Shown: in pieces, positions 30,086 to 39,978 of the stretch | Numbering within the stretch: the stretch's first letter is position 1 | How the letters are laid out: each line of letters starts with the position of its first letter | Assembly (NCBI GenBank): GCA_016932735.1 | Contig: JAFGCI010000001.1 | Coordinates: 35,772-99,771 of the forward strand | Origin: Candidatus Aenigmatarchaeota archaeon | GTDB taxonomy: Archaea > Aenigmatarchaeota > Aenigmatarchaeia > QMZP01 > QMZT01 | Direction: 5' to 3' | Length of the DNA stretch: 64,000 nt | The notes under the pieces: model-generated | What the model was told of the DNA's origin: nothing | Seen by the model: the letters and a program-made list of their open reading frames with translations, nothing else | Databases searched by the model: none | Program-made: the position numbers and the translations under genes

Positions 30086-31243
30086 ATGATTTTTGACATC
30101 GCCTGGGAGTTTCCACCCAACTATGTCGGCGGTCTTGGCGTCTATCAGGCGGAAACGTTCCGGATTCTTGCAAAGAGATTCGATATTGCGGCAACGGCAG
30201 TTTTCCAGCCGGAAGATGAGAAGGAGATAGATAAGGTCAACAATATTGAAGTCTTCCGCATAAAACATAACCCGAAAAACGACAGCATCTACAATCTTTT
30301 TGTCAGCCAGAATCAGTTCTGGTTTACAGAGGGAGGATACTACGAGTTCAATATGCAGAGCATAGAACTTGCATCCTCAATGAAAAAAATTTCACTCGTC
30401 CATTCCCATGACTGGCTGGGGATGTACGCGGGTTACATTGTGAGCCGCCACAGGAAGGTCCCATGGGTCGTAACAATACATTCTCTTGAGAAAGGACGGA
30501 ACAACAACCCCAATCCATGGGTTATGGAAATAGAGAAAATAGGCATGAACGCCGACAAGATCATAGCGGTGAGCCGCGAAATCGAGAAGGAGCTTCTTGA
30601 AATGGGGTTCCCGAAAAACAAGGTTGAGGTAATATACAACGGCATAGACGCCCAGAAATTCAATGCCGGCATCAGCGGCCGCGACATGAAAGCAAAACTC
30701 GGAATAGACCCGGAAAAGAAAGTCATATTCTTTGTCGGCCGTCCTGTAAGGGAAAAGGGCATTGACAGCCTTCTTGACGCTTACAGGAAGATAAGAGAGA
30801 AAAGGGACGACGTTGTCCTCGTCCTCCTTTCATTCGGCGAAATCCCGAATCTTCCTGATGGAGTTAAACACATCAACAAATTCGTCAGAGAGGACGACAG
30901 GATAAAGATGATATCGATGGCTGATATTTTCATCGTCCCTTCTTTGTACGAGCCTTTTGGAATAGTGACGCTTGAAGGAATGGCCATGGGAAAAGCAACG
31001 ATAGGAGCCCGCACAGGGGGTATAGCCGAGGTCATAGAAGACGGGAAAAGCGGACTGCTTTTCGAGCCCGGAAACGGCGGGGAACTAGCTGAAAAGATTG
31101 AATCGCTTCTTGACGACATTAGCAGGAGAATGAAACTCTCGCAGGAAGCCGTAAAGAGAGCCAGGGAATTCACCTGGGAGAAAAATGCTGATAAGGTCGC
31201 CGCAATCTATGAAGACCTTATGGGAAAGCCTGTTACTTATTAA
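30086..31243 (+). CDS. GT4 glycosyltransferase (glycogen synthase-like)
   Basis: WEFPPNYVGGLG, HSHDW, PSLYEPFGIVTLE. Confidence 0.88.
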   Translation: MIFDIAWEFPPNYVGGLGVYQAETFRILAKRFDIAATAVFQPEDEKEIDKVNNIEVFRIKHNPKNDSIYNLFVSQNQFWFTEGGYYEFNMQSIELASSMKKISLVHSHDWLGMYAGYIVSRHRKVPWVVTIHSLEKGRNNNPNPWVMEIEKIGMNADKIIAVSREIEKELLEMGFPKNKVEVIYNGIDAQKFNAGISGRDMKAKLGIDPEKKVIFFVGRPVREKGIDSLLDAYRKIREKRDDVVLVLLSFGEIPNLPDGVKHINKFVREDDRIKMISMADIFIVPSLYEPFGIVTLEGMAMGKATIGARTGGIAEVIEDGKSGLLFEPGNGGELAEKIESLLDDISRRMKLSQEAVKRAREFTWEKNADKVAAIYEDLMGKPVTY

Positions 31244-31264
31244 TTATTTCTGCAAATAGAATTC

Positions 31265-31684
31265 ATGGCTGTCGAAACGAAAACGATTTCTGTCCATTCT
31301 GAGGGGGAAATGAATGTAATAGACATTACTGCCAAGATTGATGAGGTCATCAGAAAATCAAAAATCAATGAAGGCATCGCAACTATTTTCGTTCCAGGCT
31401 CGACTGCATCCGTTTCAACGATAGAGTTCGAGCCTAACCTTGTCAAGGATATGAAGAATGCGATGGAAAGGCTTTTTCCATCGGACATCAAATACAATCA
31501 TCATGAAACGTGGGGCGATGATAACGGGAAAAGCCACGTCCGCGCGACTACGATGGGCCCTTCGATGACAGTTCCGTTCAAAGACAAAAAACTGCTTCTC
31601 GGTACATGGCAGCAGATTGTCCTGATAGATTTTGATGTCCCTGCAAGGAAAAGGGACATTGTTGTCCAGCTGATGGGAGAATGA
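31265..31684 (+). CDS. YjbQ/UPF0047 family protein
   Basis: DDNGKSH, LGTWQQI. Confidence 0.9.
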   Translation: MAVETKTISVHSEGEMNVIDITAKIDEVIRKSKINEGIATIFVPGSTASVSTIEFEPNLVKDMKNAMERLFPSDIKYNHHETWGDDNGKSHVRATTMGPSMTVPFKDKKLLLGTWQQIVLIDFDVPARKRDIVVQLMGE

Positions 31685-31685
31685 A

Positions 31686-32231
31686 ATGAAAGAGGAAATT
31701 TTTGATATTGTTGATGAAAACGACAATATCATAGGAAAAGCGACGAGAAGAGAAGCGCATGAAAGGGGACTGAGACACAGAGGAATATCGATTTTTGTAT
31801 TCAATTCAAAAGGCGAACTTCTCATCCAGAAAAGATCAGCGGGAAAGGATATATGTCCCGGATTTTTTGCAATATCCGCGGCAGGTCATCTTTCAGCCGG
31901 TGAAACATATGATGAAACCGCGAAAAGAGAGCTTGAAGAGGAACTGGGAATAAAAGTGCCTCTTGAGAAACTTGGAAAATACTGGCAGGATGTAAAATAT
32001 CCTGACGGAAAAGCAGACAATGAAATAGTAATGGTATATAAGTGCTTGTGGGACGGCGATTATTCCATACAGGAGGAAGAACTCGAGTCGGCATCTTTTA
32101 TGCCTTTTGAAAAGGTCAGAAAGATGATAAAAGAAAACGCGGAAAATTTTATGCCGTCTCTCGAAATAATGATATCTTTATTCTTCGGTGATTCAAAGGC
32201 AGAGAATTCGGGGCTCATTTGGAAAGCCTGA
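31686..32231 (+). CDS. Nudix hydrolase (IDI-1/YfcD-like)
   Basis: GLRHR, QKRS, GH-x-x-x-GE...RELEEELG. Confidence 0.8.
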   Translation: MKEEIFDIVDENDNIIGKATRREAHERGLRHRGISIFVFNSKGELLIQKRSAGKDICPGFFAISAAGHLSAGETYDETAKRELEEELGIKVPLEKLGKYWQDVKYPDGKADNEIVMVYKCLWDGDYSIQEEELESASFMPFEKVRKMIKENAENFMPSLEIMISLFFGDSKAENSGLIWKA

Positions 32232-32925
32232 AATACAGTCTCCTGTTGCTCTTTCCCTTGTTCTCGAGCTTTACGAGCTCGACCTTCCCGATTTCTGAAG
32301 TGTTCTTTACGTGCGTTCCGCCGTCTGGCTGAATGTCCACATCGCCGATTTTTACCATTCTTAAAACATCAATTCCGGGAGGAAGGCCTTTTGCAAGCTT
32401 GCATAATTCCGGATTGGCTTCGACTTCTGAACGGGGCATAGAACTGACGGACACATCAAGATTCCTTGATATGGCTTCATTCGCCTTTTCTATGTATCCG
32501 GCAAATGCATCTCTGTCAAAATTCTCAAGGTCAAAGTCGATTCGCGACTGCTCGAGCCCGAGCTGGTTTCCTGTGATGAGTGCTCCGGTTTCCTTGTTTA
32601 TGAGAGTGCTTACTATGTGCGCTGTCGTATGCATTCTCATGTGTTTGTAACGCCTGTTCCAGTCTATGACACAATGGACAGAATCGCCTTCTTTGAGCCC
32701 GGGCTTTCCGACCTCGTGGCTTATTTCGCCTGAGAATTTTCCCACAAAAACAACAGGAAATTCTTCCCTGTCTCGTATAATTGTTCCTGTATCATAAGGC
32801 TGGCCGCCCGCATTCGGATAGAAGGCTGTCCTGTCAAGAACGATGAACTTGTCGTCTTTAACCGATACGACCTTAGCATCAAACTCCTTTAAGTAAGAGT
32901 CATTCATGTAAAGAGCTTCCGACAT
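32215..32925 (-). CDS. alaX: Alanyl-tRNA editing protein AlaX-M
   Basis: TAFYPNAGGQ, MRMHTTAH, DGGTHV. Confidence 0.9.
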   Translation of the reverse strand: MSEALYMNDSYLKEFDAKVVSVKDDKFIVLDRTAFYPNAGGQPYDTGTIIRDREEFPVVFVGKFSGEISHEVGKPGLKEGDSVHCVIDWNRRYKHMRMHTTAHIVSTLINKETGALITGNQLGLEQSRIDFDLENFDRDAFAGYIEKANEAISRNLDVSVSSMPRSEVEANPELCKLAKGLPPGIDVLRMVKIGDVDIQPDGGTHVKNTSEIGKVELVKLENKGKSNRRLYFRLSK

Positions 32926-32967
32926 TAAATCACCTCACACTTCACAATGGGTTTCATGAAATAAAAG

Positions 32968-33399
32968 TTATACCTTCATAATCCTTGACTGCGGAATCTG
33001 GCTTTGCAGGATTCCGTCCTTCAGGAATCCGCATCCGAGTATGTGGTTTCTCCATCTGACGATGACGTACCCTTTCTCAAGTTCCGAATCCGTTTCAATA
33101 CATGTTCCTCTGATAAAAAGCTCTTTTTCTTCGTCATTGACATCGAACACATTTTTTTTGGCTCTGCTTCCAAAAACCTGAAGGAAATTGGTTGTCGGTT
33201 TTATAGTTCTTCCGTCTCTCTGGATACGCCCTGCAACAATCCCATAAGAATGGGTTTTCCCGGGGAGGTTTTCTTCCAGGGCGACCTCTTCCGTAGTGAC
33301 GTAAACCCGCTTCTCGTCGGCTATGAATACAAGACCTCCAAAGTCCTCTTTTGTAAACCCGAATCTGTCTTTTATGTAGTCAATGAATTGTTGTTCCAT
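32968..33399 (-). CDS. NIP7/RsmF C-terminal PUA-like protein
   Basis: IKPTTNFLQ, GYVIV...LGCG; adjacent to RsmB/NOP2 methyltransferase. Confidence 0.65.
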   Translation of the reverse strand: MEQQFIDYIKDRFGFTKEDFGGLVFIADEKRVYVTTEEVALEENLPGKTHSYGIVAGRIQRDGRTIKPTTNFLQVFGSRAKKNVFDVNDEEKELFIRGTCIETDSELEKGYVIVRWRNHILGCGFLKDGILQSQIPQSRIMKV

Positions 33400-33464
33400 A
33401 AAATCACTTCATTTTGTTTTTCAGCTCTATTTTGAATATTTCCCGCTTAAAGGCTATTGCCTTT

Positions 33465-34403
33465 TTACACCTTCTTCAGTTTTGCGACAAAGAAACCTTC
33501 AGTCCCGTTGTCCTGCGGCCACACCCTGACACATTTTGAAACGCGCTCATTATAGGTGTATCTGTCCCAAGACGTGAGACCCTTTCTTGTCTTAATTCCC
33601 TTCAGTTCTATATCTTCGAGCTCAATGCCTCCGATTTTGAGCGCATGGTCTATTACCTCTTCATTCTCCTCCGGGGAAAGGGTGCAGGTCGAATAAACAA
33701 GAGTCCCGCCGGGCTTCAGGCATGAGATTGCCGAAGCGATGAGGTCTTTTTGCAGCCTGCACATCTTTATAACAAGCTTCATGTTCCACCTCTTTATGAC
33801 TTCCCATTCGCGCATTACTATCCCTTCTCCTGTGCAGGGTGCATCCAGAAGAATCTTATCAAACCTGAGCTTTGATTTCGCAAAATCCCTTCCGTCAAGA
33901 TTAGTTATAACAGAATTCAGGACACCGTTTTTATCGTTGTTGAACCGAAGCAGTTTAATGCGTTTATAATCAGATTCATTTGCTACAAGAACTCCCTTAT
34001 TTTTCATCATCGCTGCAATCTGTGTTGTTTTGGAGCCGGGAGAAGCGCACATATCAAGGACGGTTTCCCCCGGATTCGGGTCAAGAACCATTGCGGGTAA
34101 CATTGATGCAGGACCCTGAATATATATGTAGCCCATAAAATTCTCGAACGAATTTCCGACTGATTTCACGTCGGTGAAAAAACCGTTCTTTGTCCATGGA
34201 ATTCTCTTTGTTATGATGCCGTTACCTTTCAACAATTCTAGAGCGTCTTCAACAGAAATCTTAAGCGTGTTCACACGGAACGATTTTTTGTAGTCATTTC
34301 TGCAGCACTCTTCAAATTTATCGTAATCTCTCCCGAAAATTGCTTCAAACCTTTCCTTCATCTTGCCTGGAATTTCAGGCATAGAATGCAGTTTTGCTCC
34401 CAT
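33465..34403 (-). CDS. RsmB/NOP2 RNA m5C methyltransferase
   Basis: DMCASPGSKT, DAPCTGEG, YSTCT...ENE. Confidence 0.93.
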   Translation of the reverse strand: MGAKLHSMPEIPGKMKERFEAIFGRDYDKFEECCRNDYKKSFRVNTLKISVEDALELLKGNGIITKRIPWTKNGFFTDVKSVGNSFENFMGYIYIQGPASMLPAMVLDPNPGETVLDMCASPGSKTTQIAAMMKNKGVLVANESDYKRIKLLRFNNDKNGVLNSVITNLDGRDFAKSKLRFDKILLDAPCTGEGIVMREWEVIKRWNMKLVIKMCRLQKDLIASAISCLKPGGTLVYSTCTLSPEENEEVIDHALKIGGIELEDIELKGIKTRKGLTSWDRYTYNERVSKCVRVWPQDNGTEGFFVAKLKKV

Positions 34404-34479
34404 GGAACATTCTTGTGGCGATGTTATTTATTTGTGTCAAAAGGGAACAGTTTTAAATACGACTTCTTTAATAGTTAAT

Positions 34480-35079
34480 ATGGTTGGGACCGGAAGAATT
34501 CTGCTAATCACAAAGGATTTCAATATTCAGGGGCCTTCCAGCTATGTAAAGGACCTTTCTTTCTTCATGGCGGGCAGAGGAACGGATGTTCATGTTGTCT
34601 GCTATGGCAACGAAGAATGCGACTATGACCTTGGTGAGAAAATCCACGTCCATCAGGTCAGGTTCATTCTGGGAGCCAATAACACATACAACTGGCACAT
34701 GCTTATGAACAATGAGCTGAAGAGGAAATCCAGAGAGCTTATGGAGAAGAACGACTTCGATTTAATACACTGCATTGACTGGACAGCCTATCCGACGGCT
34801 ATAGGAGTTTCCAGAATGTTCGACAAGCCTTATGTCATTACCTTATACTCGACCGAGAAGGAGAGAGGTCTTGGAGTTTACGAATCTGGTATGATATCAG
34901 ACATTGAGTGGATGTCAACATATGACGCTGGATATATAATAACTCTTAATCAGGATACGAGAAATGTGTTAATTCATGATTATGGAGTGCCTTCCGGGAA
35001 GATAACGCTTGCAACCGAAAACGGAAAAGACCCCTATGAAGAGACGGAGCATGTCTACGAAAGAATGCTAAATAACTGA
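34480..35079 (+). CDS. GT4 N-terminal (acceptor) domain-only protein
   Basis: FDLIHCIDW, TLYSTE-x-x-RG, IEW; ends before the EPFG donor domain; ATG 34480 after TTTAAATA. Confidence 0.7.
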   Translation: MVGTGRILLITKDFNIQGPSSYVKDLSFFMAGRGTDVHVVCYGNEECDYDLGEKIHVHQVRFILGANNTYNWHMLMNNELKRKSRELMEKNDFDLIHCIDWTAYPTAIGVSRMFDKPYVITLYSTEKERGLGVYESGMISDIEWMSTYDAGYIITLNQDTRNVLIHDYGVPSGKITLATENGKDPYEETEHVYERMLNN

Positions 35080-35088
35080 GATGAGAAA

Positions 35089-36246
35089 ATGAGAATACTT
35101 ATGACAACATGGGAATATCCGCCAGACAAGGTAGGCGGTGTTGCATCCCACGTTGCAGACCTTTCAAAAGCTTTAGTGAAGATGGGACATGACATACACA
35201 TACTCATCCCCGGAACTGAAAAAAAGGAAGAGCTTTACGACAAGGGCATAACAATGCACAGGATGGAACCTATACACAATGTGACTGACATGACAACATG
35301 GTCAACTGCTATTGCACACAGAATGGAGAAAGAGGCAATAAAGCTCCACAAACAGCAGAAGTTCGACATTGTCCATACGCATGACTGGATGATGGTTCCG
35401 GCCGGTACAGGAATAAAGAAGCTCCTGAACGTTCCATTGGTCTTTACAATCCATTCAACCGAGCATGGAAGGAGCGGAGTCCATGACCCTTATACGAAGA
35501 TGATAAACGACCTTGAATGGTACGGGACTTATGAAGCGAACAACGTCATAACAGTAGGAAAGGATTTCTGCAGGGAAGTCCAGTCGCTTTTCAGGGTACC
35601 GGATGATAAGATACATTATGTTCCGAACGGAGTCGAGCTTGAGAAATTTGACAGCCCCAAACTGAATGCAAAAAGGGAGGACTTTGTCGGAGACTGGGAG
35701 AAGATGGTTTTATTCTGCGGAAGAATGACATATGTAAAAGGAGTCCACAATCTGATAGAAGCGATGCCTTCTATAGTAAGGGAACATCCCGACACAAAGT
35801 TCGTTCTTGCAGGAAAAGGGCCTGACCTTGAAAATTACAGAGGAAGGGTCAAATCGATGGGCATCGCCGAGAAAACACTTTTCCCGGGATACGTTGATGA
35901 TGACACACTGGTCGCCCTCTACAGGATGGCAGACCTTACAGTGGCTCCATCACTCTACGAGCCTTTCGGAATCGTCGCCCTTGAAGCAGCTGCGGCAAGA
36001 AGACCTACAATCGGCTCTTACATAGGCGGGCTGAAGGAAACAATAGTCCATGAACATACAGGCCTTCACACATGGGCAGGAAATTCCGGCTCGATAGCCG
36101 ACCAGGTGAACAGGATGCTCTGGGACGGGAGCTGGAGGAACTGGCTCGGAGAGAACGGAAGAAGATACGTCGAAGACAATTTCATGTGGAACAAGATAGC
36201 TTACTGGACGACGGGAATTTACGGTAAGACTTTGGGAATATGGTAA
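35089..36246 (+). CDS. GT4 glycosyltransferase (glycogen synthase-like)
   Basis: WEYPPDKVGG, HTHDW, PSLYEPFGIVALE. Confidence 0.9.
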   Translation: MRILMTTWEYPPDKVGGVASHVADLSKALVKMGHDIHILIPGTEKKEELYDKGITMHRMEPIHNVTDMTTWSTAIAHRMEKEAIKLHKQQKFDIVHTHDWMMVPAGTGIKKLLNVPLVFTIHSTEHGRSGVHDPYTKMINDLEWYGTYEANNVITVGKDFCREVQSLFRVPDDKIHYVPNGVELEKFDSPKLNAKREDFVGDWEKMVLFCGRMTYVKGVHNLIEAMPSIVREHPDTKFVLAGKGPDLENYRGRVKSMGIAEKTLFPGYVDDDTLVALYRMADLTVAPSLYEPFGIVALEAAAARRPTIGSYIGGLKETIVHEHTGLHTWAGNSGSIADQVNRMLWDGSWRNWLGENGRRYVEDNFMWNKIAYWTTGIYGKTLGIW

Positions 36247-36247
36247 A

Positions 36248-37537
36248 TCATTTCTTTTTAGAATTAGCCTTCTTAACGGGCGGGTCCTTTATTGGGACTC
36301 GGTTATGGCTGCTGCATTTATTCTTCTCGACAAGATTCTCATAGACCTTTTCCTTGAAATCCAGAAGGACGTCTGTCAGCGTCCCGAAGCCCTGTTGCGG
36401 GTGGTCGAAGTATGAGAAGTATTGATGGACATCGCCGTCTCCCCACCATTTCGTGCATATGTTGTGAAGGTGGTCGGAGCACTGAAGAATCTTCCATATC
36501 CTTATCAGCTCCTTGTTCCCGGTCTGCTTCACCGGGCCTTCAAGCCTCTTCAGCTCTCCGTGGAAAGTCTTCTGGACCTCGTTTCCGAGCCATGCGGATA
36601 CGTCCATTTCAAGGTCGGCCCATGAGATGCTGTTCATCTCATAAACGTCAAACTCCCCTTCAGGCTGGTGGTCTTCTATGATTTCAGAAGGCGTTCTGAA
36701 TCTAAGGTGCGGATAATCGTTTATCTTGTAAGGGAATGCATTCAGAAAGTGGAAGATTCCAGTTTCTTCCCAGTGGTGCTCCCCCCATGTCTCATAGTCC
36801 ATGAAGAGGTTTATGCACTGGCCCGCATTGCCTGCGACCCAGCCTGCATATTTTTCCGCTGTCAGAGGCCATGCATCCCACCATCTTGCAGAGAATCTGT
36901 AGCCGACGTCATCGGTAAGATTCCTGTTCCTTAAAAGGACTCTTATTTTATCATCAACATAATAAGGAGGTTTATACACATAATTTGGAGACTTCCATCC
37001 CAATATCCCCGGATGGCCTTCCGTGAATATTCCTTTGTATCCGGCTTCGGAAGCCGCCTTTGCTATAACATTATTGTATATCAGTTCTGTGTTGGTCATA
37101 ACCTTCGGCTTTACACCGAAGACCGACTTCATCAGTGCGCTGTGCTCTTTTACCTGTTCAATGAATTCGCCCATATCATGGCTCATCGCAGCCAGAGAAT
37201 GGTAGTATGTCTCATCAAGGAACTCAACACATTTCTTGGGGAATTGTTTGAAGAGGTTAATCAGTTCAGGATGCCATCTCTCAGCCTGCTCCATCCAGAG
37301 CCCCGTTATCGAAAACGCGACCTTGAAAGGTTTCCTGCTGTTCTTGAGCTCCTCGACCGAATGGAGGATGTTGTATGTTGCCGGATAATAGCACTTGGAA
37401 GCGACCTTGTCAAAGACCTCCTTGTTGAACTCATCAGAAAAATACCTGTCATAAAGCGTCGGTGAAAGTCTGTCTACGCCGAATTTTTTCAGCCTCAGAG
37501 GCTGATGCACCTCGAAAATAAGTGATACGTCAGGCAT
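36248..37537 (-). CDS. GH57 alpha-amylase-family glycoside hydrolase
   Basis: FEVHQP, ETYYHSL, NTEL nucleophile, DYETWGEH. Confidence 0.92.
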   Translation of the reverse strand: MPDVSLIFEVHQPLRLKKFGVDRLSPTLYDRYFSDEFNKEVFDKVASKCYYPATYNILHSVEELKNSRKPFKVAFSITGLWMEQAERWHPELINLFKQFPKKCVEFLDETYYHSLAAMSHDMGEFIEQVKEHSALMKSVFGVKPKVMTNTELIYNNVIAKAASEAGYKGIFTEGHPGILGWKSPNYVYKPPYYVDDKIRVLLRNRNLTDDVGYRFSARWWDAWPLTAEKYAGWVAGNAGQCINLFMDYETWGEHHWEETGIFHFLNAFPYKINDYPHLRFRTPSEIIEDHQPEGEFDVYEMNSISWADLEMDVSAWLGNEVQKTFHGELKRLEGPVKQTGNKELIRIWKILQCSDHLHNICTKWWGDGDVHQYFSYFDHPQQGFGTLTDVLLDFKEKVYENLVEKNKCSSHNRVPIKDPPVKKANSKKK

Positions 37538-37667
37538 AGATAAGAGATGCATGGGTGCTTATTAAAGGTTTCGGTTTTCAAAACCACTATTATAGAGCAT
37601 CAGACTTAAATACGAATTCAGATAAATCTTATAAGTATTTTTGCTGAGTTATTCATAGGTTGGGGAC

Positions 37668-38288
37668 ATGCCTATAAGAAACATAATTTTCGACTGGTCA
37701 GGCGTCATCAGCGATGACTTCTTCGCCGTTTACAAGGCGACGATGGAGATATTCAAGAAGCTTGACATGAAGGAAATCACCTTCGAAAAATTCAGGACCG
37801 AGTTCTGCCTGCCTTATATGGATTTCTACAGGAAAAGGACAAGCGAGGTAGACAAGCTACTCATAAACCAGATTTTTCTCGAGATGTATGGAAAGAAAGT
37901 CAGGGCAAAGCCATACAAGAATGTAAAGGACGTGCTTACTGAGCTGAAATCCAAAGGAATAAAGATGGCAATAGTCACCTCCCAGCTGGAGCCTTTCATA
38001 AAAGAGGAGATTTCAACGTTCGGCCTTGATGACATTTTTCATCAGGTTCATACGAACATAGACGATAAGGTAGCAGACCTTGGAAAGCTTCTCAAAAGGA
38101 CAGGCTTTGAAAAAGATGAAACCGTCTTTGTCGGCGACACACCGCATGACGTAGCGGCCGCGAAGAAGGCGGGCCTGAGGATGGTTGCAAGTGCATACGG
38201 CTATGTAGATAGGAAGACAATGGAAAAGGAAAATCCCGATTTCATTATTGACAGCATAGAGGAACTGCCTCGTATTATTCTAAAGTGA
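37668..38288 (+). CDS. HAD-family phosphatase
   Basis: FDWSG motif I variant, VTS, VGDTPHD. Confidence 0.85.
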   Translation: MPIRNIIFDWSGVISDDFFAVYKATMEIFKKLDMKEITFEKFRTEFCLPYMDFYRKRTSEVDKLLINQIFLEMYGKKVRAKPYKNVKDVLTELKSKGIKMAIVTSQLEPFIKEEISTFGLDDIFHQVHTNIDDKVADLGKLLKRTGFEKDETVFVGDTPHDVAAAKKAGLRMVASAYGYVDRKTMEKENPDFIIDSIEELPRIILK

Positions 38289-38329
38289 GCTCTTTTTAAA
38301 CAGTTTAGCCTATTATTTGTTATTATCAA

Positions 38330-38444
38330 GAGCCTGTGGCTTAGCTTGGATATAGCGCCGGATTGCGGATCCGGAGACCGCGAGTTCAAATGTGATCACC
38401 GAAGTGAAACGTCTTCAGTGATACTGAAGATCTCGCCAGGCTCG
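38330..38444 (+). tRNA. tRNA-Arg(GCG) with a 40-nt intron at 59/60 (38391-38430)
   Basis: GAGCCTG/CAGGCTC acceptor, CCGGA-TTGCGGA-TCCGG; BHB GAG/CTC, TTCA/TGAA, bulges AAT and GAT; splicing restores TTCAAAT. Confidence 0.93.
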
Positions 38445-38528
38445 TATAACCGAAATCTCACTGAACAGCAGCGAGCACACAAGAAATCTTATAAAGATTG
38501 AGTAGAAAATAGTAGAATAAAAACCAGC

Positions 38529-38551
38529 TTCTGTTGATAGAATCAACAGAA
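38529..38551. repeat. Perfect 10-bp hairpin in tRNA-Leu leader
   Basis: TTCTGTTGAT-aga-ATCAACAGAA. Confidence 0.6.
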
Positions 38552-38561
38552 ATACAAATAT

Positions 38562-38754
38562 GCGGGGATACCCAAGCGGTCAAATATCAAAGGACACGCA
38601 TTTTATGCGTGTCAAGAGACTAAAGGGGCCCGGCTAAGGACCGTGTAGCTTAGTGCTTTCAAGGGTTCGAAAGGTTGGAAAAGGCGATATTCCATCGCCA
38701 AAACTCAAATTGAAATGATATGGGTTAAAATACCTGAGATTCCCTTTCCCCGCA
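38562..38754 (+). tRNA. tRNA-Leu(AAG) with introns at 21/22 (38584-38623) and 59/60 (38672-38740)
   Basis: GCGGGGA/TCCCCGC-A acceptor, long variable arm AGC-TTAGT-GCT, loop CT-AAG-GA; BHB helices GGTC/GACT and TTCG/TGAG. Confidence 0.88.
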
Positions 38755-38761
38755 TATATTT

Positions 38762-39343
38762 TTATACTTCATTCACGAAGATAAGGCTGTCCGGCCACTC
38801 CTTCTTTATCTTCCCGTTCTCCATGTTCATTGCAGGCATATAGTTGTGATGGACCCTGACCATTCTGTCAAGGTTTGTAGTTATAATGTCCTTTATGCAT
38901 TTCTGGCCAAGCTTCTCTTCAAGGAAAGGGACAATCTTTCCGTTGAACTCCTCAACAAGGTCTTCCCTCGTTTTTGCATCGAGTATTATTATCAGTGCCA
39001 GATGCCCGTCCTTTTCGCCCAGATATGCAAGTGAGATGTAATGCGAATTGAACATCCTCCATGTCGGGTCCTTTTCCAGCGTCTCATAATACGTCTGTCT
39101 CGTGATGCCTATCTTGAACTTTATTACAAATAGTGTTTTGGCGCCGAATACCTTGAGTCCGAACTCTCCCTTGTCAATTGATGTATAGTATCTGAGAAGT
39201 TTCTCTTCCTCGAGTTTCTTCCTTTTTCTGTTCACGGTCATTACGGGTATGTTAGTCCTTTTTGCTATCTGGTTGTCGCTCGCCCTCGGGTCCCTGATGA
39301 GCTCGCGGATAATCTTTACTTCCTTTTCATCTAACTCTCTCAT
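38762..39343 (-). CDS. Lrp/AsnC-type HTH regulator
   Basis: LDEKEVKIIREL...R-x-SDNQIAK...TVNRKRKKLEE. Confidence 0.75.
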   Translation of the reverse strand: MRELDEKEVKIIRELIRDPRASDNQIAKRTNIPVMTVNRKRKKLEEEKLLRYYTSIDKGEFGLKVFGAKTLFVIKFKIGITRQTYYETLEKDPTWRMFNSHYISLAYLGEKDGHLALIIILDAKTREDLVEEFNGKIVPFLEEKLGQKCIKDIITTNLDRMVRVHHNYMPAMNMENGKIKKEWPDSLIFVNEV

Positions 39344-39428
39344 TTTATCACAATATTTAAATAGATGTTATATTTATAACCTTTTTCAATACATCGGAAT
39401 ATATAGTTGCCTAAACAACATCTTCTTG

Positions 39429-39923
39429 ATGATAGAATCCATAAACAGAAGCTATTGCAGGTTTGCGAAGGATTATCTCCTTTCTCAGGCCAGAAGTGCG
39501 AAAGAGTCAGGCGTAAGAATATACAGGCCTTCAAGAGATGAAAGATTGAGTTTTTATCAGACACTTTGTAATGAATATCCTATAAACAGGAAAGGTAATC
39601 ATAAAAGTTCATGCTGGAGAGTTGATATTACTGACCATACCATACCAGCAGAAAAGTATGGAAAGGACCATGTAACTCATATTGTCTGCAAAGGCAGGAT
39701 GCATCTTTTCAACGGTTCCACTGAATGTGCAATGTTCCTGATAGAGAAGCCTCCTCAAAACGGACACAAGGAATATGGAATTCATTTCCATGTCGGAGGT
39801 GCCGACGAGACGCTTTTTTTAAGAGAGCCGAGAGAAGGAGTTCATATATACTCCATTATGTCCAAAGGAGCAAAAAACCTGCCGAAAATACTTGCAAGCG
39901 CAACGAGAATGCTAAATAATTAG
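39429..39923 (+). CDS. Hypothetical protein
   Basis: ORF divergent from the Lrp gene; probable ATG at 39429. Confidence 0.45.
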   Translation: MIESINRSYCRFAKDYLLSQARSAKESGVRIYRPSRDERLSFYQTLCNEYPINRKGNHKSSCWRVDITDHTIPAEKYGKDHVTHIVCKGRMHLFNGSTECAMFLIEKPPQNGHKEYGIHFHVGGADETLFLREPREGVHIYSIMSKGAKNLPKILASATRMLNN

Positions 39924-39978
39924 GTTGCCATATTTTCTACATTTTTATATATTTGCATCAATAATGTTATCTAATATT

